Position numbers and translations under genes: made by a program
Notes under the pieces: model-generated
Database searches by the model: none
The model's input: the letters and a program-made list of their open reading frames with translations, nothing else
What the model was told of the DNA's origin: nothing
NCBI GenBank assembly: GCA_030141605.1
Contig: JAQGDQ010001076.1
Coordinates: 1-64,000, forward strand
Reading direction: 5' to 3'
Length of the DNA: 64,000 nucleotides
From: Tubiluchus corallicola
Lineage: Eukaryota; Animalia; Priapulida
Shown: in pieces, positions 52,419 through 64,000 of the stretch
Numbering within the stretch: the stretch's first letter is position 1
Layout: each line of letters begins with the position of its first letter

Positions 52419-53086
52419 AGTACAAGAAAACCCTCCACTTACATAAAGCTTAAAAAATTCGTCTTGAAGTTTTATATCACTTACATACTACCTTTTTCCA
52501 TGCAGGCCTTCAATCGGCAGTCACGCCGTATAAAACATGTAAATTTAAACTACCGCGATGACCGTTAGACGCAGCCATTTTGATGGTAGGTCGTTTGAAA
52601 TAAGTTTAGGTAACATTGAGCAAAGCTTGAAAAATAATCAGTGCTTTCGTAGTATACACTTTGCTAACTGAGTAAAATTTTAAATTACTGTATCTTGTCA
52701 TAAAGACAAAAATACGTTTTTGGCGAGAGGCGCACCCTGGAGGGTGAAACACCGACATTTTACGAATTTACACAAACATTTTAAATTATTACTTCTAGTT
52801 ACGTAAGACTGTCCAGCAGGTAAACGAAATGCTAAGTAATATAGATTTGCATGGAAAGCTTTTTGGGACATTATTTAATATTTACTTTTCTTCCCCTGAT
52901 TTACGTTTGTGTAGTGACGTCATGTAGTGACGCCATCGAGACAGTTTTGCGGGAGATTTAAAATGAGAACCATCAGAAATTCCATTTAACACGAGAGCTG
53001 ATGTACGCATAAAAATGCTGTAAAGTAGTACAATTTTTTAAGGCGATTCTTCTAAAACCTACTTCAGGTACCCCTTTTCTTGTCCT
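52419..53086 (+). mobile_element. Kolobok-like MITE, full copy
   Basis: TTAA|AGTACAAGAAAA ... TTTTCTTGTCCT|TTAA. Confidence 0.8.
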
Positions 53087-53350
53087 TTAAGTCTCTGGGT
53101 GGAATGTCAAACGCATTCTGACTCTAGTCTGTATTGGCTTACGACACGTGTGTAGCCTTGTAAGCGCCAATGCCACTTGACTTCTCTTAAATTTCACCAG
53201 CGTAATTGTGTATTCTACACTTTGGGCCACACGTCATAGACGTATTTAGTCTCATCTGTTCAATGATTTGTCCAAGCATATACGCATTACTCCTGTATTT
53301 GTGTACACATACTGTGCATACAAGCCACTTATTGACAAATCAGTTACTAG

Positions 53351-54157
53351 ATCCAACCCTGGCAAGGTGGCGTGTAGCAACCCGAGAAATGTTGGACACA
53401 GTCACACAGACTTCATCCAACCCTGGCAAGGTGGCGTGTAGCAACCCGAGAAATGCTGGACACAGTCACACAGACTTTATCCAACCCTGGCGAGTAGCAT
53501 GTAGCAACCCGAGAAATGCTGGACACAGTCACACAGACTTTATCCAACCCTGGCGAGTAGGGTGTAGCAACCCGAGAAATGCTGGACACAGTCACACAGA
53601 CTTTATCCAACCCTGGCGAGTAGGGTGTAGCAACCCGAGAAATGCTGGACACAGTCACACAGACTTTATCCAACCCTGGCGAGGTAGCGTGTAGCAACCC
53701 GAGAAATGTTGGACACAGTCACACAGACTTTATCCAACCCTGGCGAGTAGGGTGTAGCAACCCGAGAAATGCTGGACACAGCAACACAGACTTTATCCAA
53801 CCCTGGCGAGTAGCATGTAGCAACAGAGAAATGTTGGACACAGCAACACAGACTTTATCCAACCCTGGCGAGTAGGGTGTAGCAACCCGAGAAATGTTGG
53901 ACACAGTCACACAGACTTTATCCAACCCTGGCAAGGTGGCGTGTAGCAACCCGAGAAATGTTGGACACAGTCACACAGACTTTATCCAACCCTGGCGAGT
54001 AGCATGTAGCAACCAGAGAAATGTTGGACACAGCAACACAGATTTTATCCAACCCTGGCAAGGTAGCGTGTAGCAACAGAGAAATGTTGGACACAGCAAC
54101 ACAGACTTTATCCAACCCTGGCAAGGTAGCGTGTAGCAACAGAGAAATGTTGGACAC
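53351..54157. repeat. 62-64-bp minisatellite, about 13 copies
   Basis: Unit ATCCAACCCTGGC...GTAGCAACCCGAGAAATG(C/T)TGGACACAGTCACACAGACTTT. Confidence 0.94.
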
Positions 54158-54274
54158 TGATTAGATTCAACCCCAGGAGAATGGCTTGTACCAATCAGAT
54201 AAGTGTCAGACGCTAATCCAACCCAGGCACCTCCACACAAGTGACACCACCCACACCATGCTGCAAAACAACAA

Positions 54275-54330
<56 letters not shown>

Positions 54331-55499
54331 ACAAGATCAACACCACCACCAAGAACAACAACGACAACAATAACAAATTTTTACACAAAGTTGAAACTGC
54401 ACGAAATGGCAAACGCATCCACTGATGATCAATAATGCGCGAACATTTTACACAGTCTTTGTTAACTGCTCTCTAAATTTTGGTAATGAGCTAATTGTTA
54501 ACAGATCAAAGATAAAGTTTACGATTGTCACAAAACCCAATTGTTCGTGAAAACTTAGATTGCACATTGTTTGCCTCACATTGTCTTATCTCACATTGTT
54601 ATATCTCACAGTGATGTCACTGAATGAATGGCAGAGTTTTGTATTACATGAATGAGAACGAAAATGAGGCTGGCTTCATGACGAAAAAGATCTCTTTTTA
54701 AGAACCACATGGTGAGCGAGTAACTAAAAAATGGAATATCCTTACATAACAGCGGATAATAGAAATGACCAGATAAAGCCAAGAAGAACTAACCAGGCGA
54801 CCAATCAACCAGCCAAACAGACAACTAATCAGTCGGTCAACCAAACAAGCAAACAAATAAACAAACTATGCAATAAACCAACCAAACAGACAAACAAATC
54901 AACAAACCATACAATAAACCAAACAAACAAACAAATAAAGAAATTTAGATAAACAAATCAACAAACCATACAATAAACCAAACAGACAAACAAACAAAGA
55001 AACAACGAATAAGGAAGAATATAAAAAAATAAAACTTCTGATAAGCAAAGAAACAAACAAATATTCAGAAAACATGCAAACTCAAATGTTGTTTATGACC
55101 TCAATTGCATATCGGCTATTATAAGGATTACACAGGCGGTACGCTTATTCCATGTACCTAATCGAAATGGCTTCCCTGAACAATAGAGGTAAAATGTTCG
55201 TGCGTAGACACAACCTGCAAAATTAATAAGCCATAATCCTTCTCTGTCAATAACGTGTTCGGTCAAGGGTAAACTTCAGATTTGCATCTCAGCTTCCGTT
55301 CATAACATCGTTTCTCTTTAATTAATTAATTAAGCGACTAATGAGTCATTTATTTCACATTACACATTTACAATAATTTCATGTACAATATCTAGTGAAA
55401 GGGCCTACAATGAACGTAATACAAATAAGAAATACTGCACAGGAAAAGCCTCAAACACTGTTCACCTATATACGTATGTAAATCTGTTGCGGGCAATCA

Positions 55500-56329
55500 A
55501 AAAGCAGGGCTTGTTAGATTGTCCCACACTAAAAGCAGGGCTTGTTAGATTGTCCCACACTAAAAGCAGGGCTTGTTAGATTGTCCCACACTAAAAGCAG
55601 GGCTTGTTAGATTGTCCCACACTAAAAGCAGGGCTTGTTAGATTGTCCCACACTAAAAGCAGGGCTTGTTAGATTGTCCCACACTAAAAGCAGGGCTTGT
55701 TAGATTGTCCCACACTAAAAGCAGGGCTTGTTAGATTGTCCCACACTAAAAGCAGGGCTTGTTAGATTTCCCACACTAAAAGCAGGCTTGTTGATGTCCC
55801 ACACTAAAAGCAGGGCTTGTTAGATTGTCCCACACTAAAAGCAGGGCTTGTTAGATTGTCCCACACTAAAAGCAGGGCTTGTTAGATTGTCCCACACTAA
55901 AAGCAGGGCTTGTTAGATTGTCCCACACTAAAAGCAGGGCTTGTTAGATTGTCCCACACTAAAAGCAGGGCTTGTTAGATTGTCCCACACTAAAAGCAGG
56001 GCTTGTTAGATTGTCCCACACTAAAAGCAGGGCTTGTTAGATTGTCCCACACTAAAAGCAGGGCTTGTTAGATTGTCCCACACTAAAAGCAGGGCTTGTT
56101 AGATTGTCCCACACTAAAAGCAGGGCTTGTTAGATTGTCCCACACTAAAAGCAGGGCTTGTTAGATTGTCCCACACTAAAAGCAGGGCTTGTTAGATTGT
56201 CCCACACTAAAAGCAGGGCTTGTTAGATTGTCCCACACTAAAAGCAGGGCTTGTTAGATTGTCCCACACTAAAAGCAGGGCATGTTAGATTGTCCCACAC
56301 TAAAAGCAGGGCTTGTTAGATTGTCCCAC
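55500..56329. repeat. 31-bp minisatellite, about 27 copies, inside a dispersed element
   Basis: Unit AAAAGCAGGGCTTGTTAGATTGTCCCACACT; flanks match about 35225-35560 in reverse complement, where the unit is single copy. Confidence 0.95.
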
Positions 56330-56551
56330 ACAGTTAAAGGAAAAAAAAGTAATGGAAATAATCTGAAAATTTAAAGTGTATTGTATGATAAAGAAAACAT
56401 TTAGTGCTTAATATGGAATGATATAATGAATGAAGCTCATATATGGGATGATATGAAAGACAGAAAGACTATTATTTGCTAACAGTATGTAAAATTAAGA
56501 TAACTTGATTAAGCTAACTAATTAAACTGAACTTTAGTACACGAGCGTTAA

Positions 56552-57228
56552 AGCACAAGAACCCCCCCCCCCCCACGTACATAAATCTTAAAAATTCGTC
56601 CGTGAAATTTTATGCCAGTTTCATACAGCCTTTTTGCTTGCAGGGCTTGCTTCGGCAGTAACGCTGTATAAAACATGTAAATTTAAACTCCCGCGATGAC
56701 AGTTGGGCGCAGGTATTTTAATGGTAGGTCGTTTGAAACAAGTTTAGATAACATTGCGCGAATAATGAAAAAATAATCAGAGCATGCAAAGTACAAATGT
56801 TACTAAGTAAAATTTTAAATTACTGTATCTTGTCAGTAAGACTAAAAATACGTTTTTGGTTAGTGAGTGGCGCACCCTGGAGGGTGAGTCAGCGACATTT
56901 TACCAATTGGCACAAACATTTTAAATTATTATTTCTAATTACATAAGCCTTTCGGCAGGTAAGCGAAATGCTAAGTAATGTACGTTTGCATAGAAAGTTT
57001 TTGAGACATAATTTATTTAACATTTCCTTTTCTTTCCCTGATTTACGTTTGCGTAGGTGACGTCATGTAATGGCGACTTCGGAACAATGTCCCTGGAGAT
57101 TTAAAATGAAAACAAACAAAAATTCCTTTTAACGCGAGTACGATATGCGCATAAAATTGCTGTAAATAAATATCATTTTTAAGGCGATTTTTCTGAAACC
57201 AAACTTCAGGTACCCCTTTTCTTGCCTT
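56552..57228 (+). mobile_element. Kolobok-like MITE, full copy
   Basis: TTAA|AGCACAAGAA ... TTTTCTTGCCTT|TTAA; colinear with 52419-53086. Confidence 0.8.
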
Positions 57229-57282
57229 TTAAGGCTTAGCGGCCGAGGCGTTTATTCTGCTGCTGTCGTCGCTTTTTGTTGT

Positions 57283-58606
57283 GTTGATGAGGATGCTGGT
57301 TGTTGATGAGGATGCTGTTTGTTGTTGAGGATGCTGTTTGTTAGAGTCGTTGATGATGATGATGAGGACGCTGTTTGTTAGAGTCGTTGACGATGATGAT
57401 GAGGATGCTGTTTGTTAGAGTCGTTGATGAGGATGATGATGAGGATGCTGTTTGTTAGAGTCGTTGATGAGGATGATGATGAGGATGCTGTTTGTTAGAG
57501 TCGTTGATGAGGATGATGATGAGGATGCTGTTTGTTAGAGTCGTTGATGAGGATGATGAAGAAGATGCTGTTTGTTAGAGTCGTTGATGATGATGATGAT
57601 GAGGAGGAGGATGCTGTTTGTTAGAGTCGTTGATGAGGATGATGAAGAGGATGCTGTTTGTTAGAGTCGTTGATGATGAAGATGCTGTTTGTTAGAGTCG
57701 TTGATGATGATGATGATGATGATGAAGATGCTGTTTGTTAGAGTCGCTGATGATGATGATGAGGATGCTGTTTGTTAGAGTCGTTGACGATGATGATGAA
57801 GATGCTGTTTGTTAGAATCGTTGACGATGATGATGAAGATGCTGTTTGTTAGAGTCGTTGATGAGGATGATGATGAAGATGCTGTTTGTTAGAGTCGTTG
57901 ATGAGGATGCTGTTTGTTAGAATCGTTGACGATGATGATGAAGATGCTGCTTGTTAGAGTCGTTGATGAGGATGATGATGAGGATGCTGTTTGTTAGAGT
58001 CGTTGATGATGATGATGAGGATGCTGTTTGTTAGAGTCGTTGATGAGGATGATGATGAGGATGCTGTTTGTTAGAGTCGTTGATAATGATGATGAGGATG
58101 CTGTTTGTTAGAGTCGTTGATGATGAAGATGCTGTTTGTTAGAGTCGTTGATGAGAATGATGAGGATGCTGTTTGTTAGAGTGGTTGATGATGATGATGA
58201 GGATGCTGTTTGTTAGAGGAGTCGTTGATGAGGATGATGAGGATGCTGTTTGTTAGAGTCGTTGATGAGGATGATGAGGATGCTGTTTGTTAGAATCGTT
58301 GATGAGGATGATGAGGATGCTGTTTGTTAGAGTCGTTGATGAGGATGATGAAGATGCTGTTTGTTAGAGTCGTTGATGAGGATGATGAGGATGCTGGTTG
58401 TTAGAGTCGTTGATGAGGATGATGATGAGGATGCTGTTTGTTAGAGTCGTTGATGAGGATGATGAAGATGCTGTTTGTTAGAGTCGTTGATGAGGATGAT
58501 GAAGATGCTGTTTGTTAGAGTCGTTGATGAGGATGATGAAGATGCTGTTTGTTAGAGTCGTTGATGAGGATGATGATGAGGATGCTGTTTGTTAGAGTCG
58601 ATGCTG
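57283..58606. repeat. Variable-length minisatellite: GATGCTGTTTGTTAGAGTCGTT plus (GAT/GAG)n
   Basis: Direct inspection. Confidence 0.93.
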
Positions 58607-59239
58607 TCCTAAAGTTGATGTTGAATTTTTAAAAGAAAATGCCGTAATCAGCAAAATTTGATTGTCGGATTTCTCAATTCAAAAGTTTTTGTACAAAAAT
58701 AATTTTTGAAAAGCGTATCAGCTTCGGAAAGAAATTAAAAAAGATTAGCTGTACTTTCCTCTAGGATCCATGAATTGGTTCCATCAACTCGCGCAATTTT
58801 GGTCTTCGAAGAAGCTTCTCTCTCCTAGAATCCTTTGATGCAGGAAGCTGTCCCTAATCCAGTTAAAATTGCTACTTGCTGATTTCAGGCGAAATGCTCG
58901 GTTTCCGAATTGTCAGTTCCAAACTTAATTAGGGCATCATGTTTCTACGATCGTTAAACTTCCTCTCTTCACTGAGACGCTGGGATTTGAGCCATAAAGA
59001 GGCTAGAATCTCGTAAAAAACTTTCGTATTACAAGATTTTGCAGGGAAGATGTTTCGTACGTTTTCTAAGTTGCAACAAAAACCAACTTTTAATAAATCA
59101 TTTTGCTTAATTTATTCACAGTGAGTTAAAAGAGAAATGGAGGCAATCATAGTCTATATAGAGCAGCTATCGGAGCTACTCAATTTAATTCGACTTTATT
59201 TTCTCAATAATAGTTAAAAATTCCACACGGTTATTTTAA

Positions 59240-59564
59240 CCCTTTCAGTCCTAAATTATTTTTTAACAAAAAAATTGCTGCTTGGTAATTTTGTTCAGTA
59301 TGCCCATCTTTTTTACACGTAATAATTATTTTTTCTATGCTATGTAGATGTTCTAGTTTGCCATTTTATCACTATTTTTAGTCTTATCTGAATGGCTTAA
59401 ATCAAAATAACTATTAACTGATCAAATAACTGTCAGTTTTCAAATTTTATTAAAAACATTTTATTAATTTTAAAGACAGAAAAAGTTCTCGTATCCCACG
59501 GGATACAATGGGTATGAAAGGGTTAACCACTGTGATCTCACGGGATACAATGGGTATGAAAGGG
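59240..59564. mobile_element. piggyBac-like MITE, shorter copy with duplicated right end
   Basis: TTAA|CCCTTTC start; CACGGGATACAATGGGTATGAAAGGG|TTAA occurs twice (ending 59522 and 59564). Confidence 0.8.
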
Positions 59565-59799
59565 TTAACATTTCACTGTAACTGAGGAGCAGCGAAAGAC
59601 CTGTTGGTCACTTGATCAGCTGGCCCTAATTGCTAATTGTTAGTACTAAATTTTCACTTACAAAATTTAAGCGGCCTAATTAAATTTCAAGAAATAAAAA
59701 AGATTTCTGCAAATGTAGAAAGTAGGGGTGAGCATCGAACGCTCGAATTCGATTCGAACGAGTTTTTTCAGTTCGAACTCGATTCGAATAATTCAGCAC

Positions 59800-59849
<50 letters not shown>

Positions 59850-60646
59850 GAAAGAAACTTAAAAACTAAAAGAAACCCTTGGCATAGATGAATATTATTG
59901 CTGGAAAAGCGGATGCTTAAAATACCGTGCTGCTTAAACACAGAAATGTGTAATTATTAGAAATAAACTATAGTCGAGTGAAATTGTTTTTACTATAAAT
60001 GTTATCTCAATCAATGTTCATTTGGATAACGTGCTTGTTTCAGACAAACGCGCGCCATTACTGATTAAATTCATTCTCCAGTATAAATAATTATGTTGCT
60101 GTGCTCGAATACTTCGCATACTCATAAATATGTAAAGTTTATGGAGACAATACGCTGCGTGGCTTCAAGAGTGGAGAGTGGCTTCAAGAGTGGCTGTATA
60201 AGACGAGGACACGCTAAATAAAACTTACTGAGATTTGCATTTCTGTCATCATCACATATAACTATGCTGAACTTCTTTCTAATTCATTTCTTCTCTCTTT
60301 TTCTCTATCTCTGTCTATTATTTTATCTTAACTACTCCCTGTTTTTCTATAATTCTCTCTCTTGTAAATTAAGTCGTTTTTTCACTTTTCATGGTGATCT
60401 TACAAGCTTTGCTTCTTGACCACCATGCAGCATCTATTTCTTGTTGACAAACTATTATGTAGTTTAGTAACTATGTTAGTATACTTCTGTTAAATTTTTG
60501 TAATTGTATTTGGAATTTTTTTCCTAACTATATCAGACTAAAGTATACTAATGTAGTTCTGTTACAATTATTGCAACTATATTTCATTTTCTAGTTATAG
60601 GGCATAATAGTTAAAGATAATAATGCAAATTCTAGTGTAAAAACAC

Positions 60647-61074
60647 TAGAGGTGAGCATCGAACGTTCGAGTTCGAACATTCGAATCGAATTCGAACGCT
60701 CGAATTCGATTCGAAAGAGTTTTTTAGTTCGAACTCGATTCGAATCCAAAACTATAGATTCGAATAATTCAGCACTTCAATCACACATGTTCCTGATGAT
60801 TAAAACGATTGAAACAACATGCAATTAACATAATTTAGCTGTGATTTCTGCACACAATTTTAGAGAAATTACTAGTCGTTTTATTGCAGAGCAAAATCTA
60901 GTGATATGCATGATCTTTGTAAGACTAATTTTTACTGGTGGTTCGAAAACTAGTTCGAAAATCGTTCAATCTCAATTCGAATTCGAAACACTGAAATTCG
61001 TTTCGATTCGAATTCGAAAGTCACAAGTTCGATTCGATTCGAATTCGCTTTCTGGTAGAGAATGCTCACCCCTA
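60647..61074. mobile_element. TTCGAA-rich hAT-like MITE
   Basis: TAGAGGTGAGCAT / ATGCTCACCCCTA ends; AAAACAC on both flanks. Confidence 0.82.
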
Positions 61075-62419
61075 AAAACACATGCTGAAGTGATAATAAA
61101 TTACAAATTACAAATTAACTGAGTACGGACTCTATGTTTACGTGAGGTACACTTGCACAAACAGGAAACGAATTAGCACATAGCTAGTCACCTTTGGCGA
61201 ATTCCTCTGGTTTATCATATTTTAGGAAAACTGGTCAAGATTCGGTAAATATTTGGACCCGTGTTGCTAATGGTCGAAGCAAAACTCTCCTAATCCACAG
61301 ATACCATAGAGGTTAAGTTCATTTCTCACCGATCCTTGATGAAACCCCGACAAAGCTGATCGTCTGTTGTTGGCATGTCAGCTTGTTTAGGCTTGTTACA
61401 GCATTGATATAGCTTAAATTTCCCTCTAATCTTACTGTACTTATTTGCTTCTGAATGACCTTTTACATTAATAGTGTTCTAGTTTTCTGTATTTAAGCTG
61501 TGTAAGACAGGTCTGCTTGGAACATTTAGACCTGTGGGCTAGCCAGGTTATGTTCCGTTGTATTTCAGTATAGTGCTATTTCAGTATTTATAATTATGTT
61601 ATTTCAGTATTGATAATTATGTTATTTGATTCAGTGATTGTACCTGATAGTATAGATGTTACAATATAATTCCTCGTGATTTGTTAATGATTGTTTTTTT
61701 TATTTGATTGAAAAAGCTAACAGGCTTAATAATTGTGGGCAAAGTTTAATTCATTAACAGCTCTCCCACCTATTTCAATGCCCACAATTGAACATGCCTT
61801 TAGATTATTCCAGCCAATATGGTACCAGCCCAAACATCCTTAACAATTATCAGACTGGTGATGTAGAAAAAAACAGTAATTCATTGAATAATGTAGTTCA
61901 AGCTCCCACTGTAAATAACACAAATTCAATGTTCAAAGAAACACGTGATATTGGAACTAAAGTTAACTGGGCACTGCCTGAATTGATAGAGGGCATGCAC
62001 GATCTAGGGAATTGCGTGTTCCCTGCTGTAGTGACACTGAAATAATTATGTTACTTTCTGCAAAAAGTTTGAAGTCTTTGGACATTGAAGTTTACAAGGC
62101 GTCTGAATCCTTAGAAATGAAGACATGGCATTTGGGAGTTTGCTGTGTCATTTTCCATATTATACCGTTTTAACAGGTAACCATGCAATAAATGTCAAGT
62201 CTTAGGACGTTCGTACTTGCATCAATAAATGCAGATATTATATAATATAGCATTTGCCTCATCCTCGATGGTTCTGCAATCTCGAAAAAGACTTTTTTCT
62301 TGTTTAAAAATTTAAATGTTTGGTTTTATATTACTGGCTCTAAAACTCTCGTAACTAAACGTATTAGGTTCGTTTAGGCAGGTTTTGCAAGCTTTTTTCA
62401 GCTGACGACTTTAATAACA

Positions 62420-62745
62420 TTGATGATGATGATCATGACGACGATGATGATGATGATGATGATGACGATGATGATGATGATGATCATGTTGTTGTTATTG
62501 TTCATGATGACGACGATAACAATGATGACAATGATAATTATGATGGTAATGATGACGACGATGATGATGATGATGATGACGACGATGGCGACAATGATGA
62601 TGATGGTGATGATGATGTTGTTGTTCTTCATGATAAGTATGATGATGATGATAGCGATGATGATGATGTTGTTGTTGTTCTTCATGATAAGGATTATGAC
62701 AATGATGACGACGATGTTCATGATGGCGATGATGCTACTGATGCT
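62420..62745. repeat. Degenerate (GAT)n microsatellite
   Basis: Direct inspection. Confidence 0.9.
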
Positions 62746-63461
62746 GTTAAGATTTTCTTTGCAGTACCTAACCTAAGTTTAGACTCTGCATAACGTGGTT
62801 CAATCCTAATTTATCGAACAGACTGATAGGAAACAAGACTGAATGAATTCACATCCAAATCCGCTAACATAATACCACAAACGTGTTTACACCTGACTAT
62901 GCCTGGTCGCGCTTGGTTAACTTATGTCAACAATTGTAAATTATTTCGCTCAAGGGTGACAAACAGTGTGCACGGCGGCACGAACTAATTATCACTTGAC
63001 TCTACCTGAACCTATGTGGTTACGGAACTAATTATCACTTGACTCTACCTGAACCTATGTGGTCACTCCTGTCTGTCCAAGAAGTATAAAAGTTCGTGAC
63101 TCCACGATTAAACTTTTGGAATTATTTTAATGTTTCGATTTGAGGGACAAAGACGTTTGCCGTAATTTTACATTTTGCTATCTGTTTCGAACCAATCCTA
63201 TGTTTTTGTCTACATCATTTTCTGAACCACAACACCCAGTGCCTATCATGAAAGTTTTGTGACACGATCTACCCCATTTCTGAGTTATTCAATCTTATGC
63301 ATGTTGGCTCCTATCTCGGGCCCTTAAAAAATTCAACTGTATAAAAATGCAGGTACACATCTATCTAGGAAGAGTTGAATGTCAATAAAGAAACTGTTCG
63401 ATGTCCAGTGTCTTTGACCCTTTGAGAGAGGTCATTACTCACTGCACTACTTTCAAAGCCT

Positions 63462-64000
63462 TTAGTTTAAACATAATTTATTTAGGATTGGATCAGACAG
63501 TTTGTACAACATGATTTAGGATCCTCTCCACAACAGACTTTACACACTATTTACAAAAACATTTACAGTAAGAATAGACTATAACTACACAAGCTGACAA
63601 GTTTTACTACAAGAATACATTAGACAATAGTAACATTTACAGTAAGAATAGACTATAACTACACAAGCTGACAAGTTTTACTACAAGATTACATTAGACA
63701 TTAGTAACATTTACAGTAAGAATAGACTATAACTACACAAGCTGACAAGTTTTACTACAAGATTACATTAGACATTAGTAACATTTACAGTAAGAATAGA
63801 CTATAACTACACAAGCTGACAAGTTTTACTACAAGAATACATTAGACATTAGTAACATTTACAGTAAGAATAGACTATAACTACACAAGCTGACAAGTTT
63901 TACTACAAGATTACATTAGGTATTAGTAACATTTACAGTAAGAATAGACTATAACTACACAAGCTGACAAGTTTTACTACAAGAATACATTAGACATTAG
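63462..64000. repeat. Second locus of the 74-bp array with the same upstream flank; runs off the window end
   Basis: TTTAGTTTAAACAT...TAGGATTGGATCAGACAG... matches about 1613-1710, followed by the same 74-bp units. Confidence 0.93.

Noticed and set aside
58620-59080. Candidate first coding exon of Cav3
   Set aside because: No Cav3 N-terminal motif and no ATATCCT U12 donor were found.
59576-59625. Hammerhead-like core CTGAGGAG-CAG-CGAAA followed by a small hairpin
   Set aside because: The U needed to pair with the last A of GAAA is missing and stem I does not form convincingly.
61788-62330. 85-aa ORF and adjacent coding-like sequence
   Set aside because: No recognisable domain and several stops in neighbouring frames; possibly a decayed retroelement, but I cannot support a call.

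Overview
This is AT-rich metazoan (invertebrate-like) genomic DNA, not prokaryotic. The minus strand carries 16 phase-consistent coding exons (about 3,177 nt, about 1,059 codons) of a T-type voltage-gated calcium channel alpha-1 gene (Cav3, CACNA1G/H/I family). They span domain I S1 through the II-III linker; the first coding exon and domains III-IV were not found in the window. The most 5' exon is preceded by a U12-type acceptor (TTCCTTAAC branch site, AC terminus). The introns are filled with hAT, piggyBac, Kolobok-like and Tc1/pogo-like MITEs, RTE and CR1/L2-like LINE 3' ends, a tRNA-derived SINE and about 20 distinct tandem arrays. Most long ORFs in the supplied track are translations of those arrays. 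The most unusual feature is an in-frame triplication of the splice acceptor and first codons of the domain II turret exon (the invertebrate exon 12a equivalent that influences Na+/Ca2+ selectivity). It could give +15 or +30 aa isoforms, or a newly created 90-nt intron. All coordinates were read by eye and no alignments or database searches were run.
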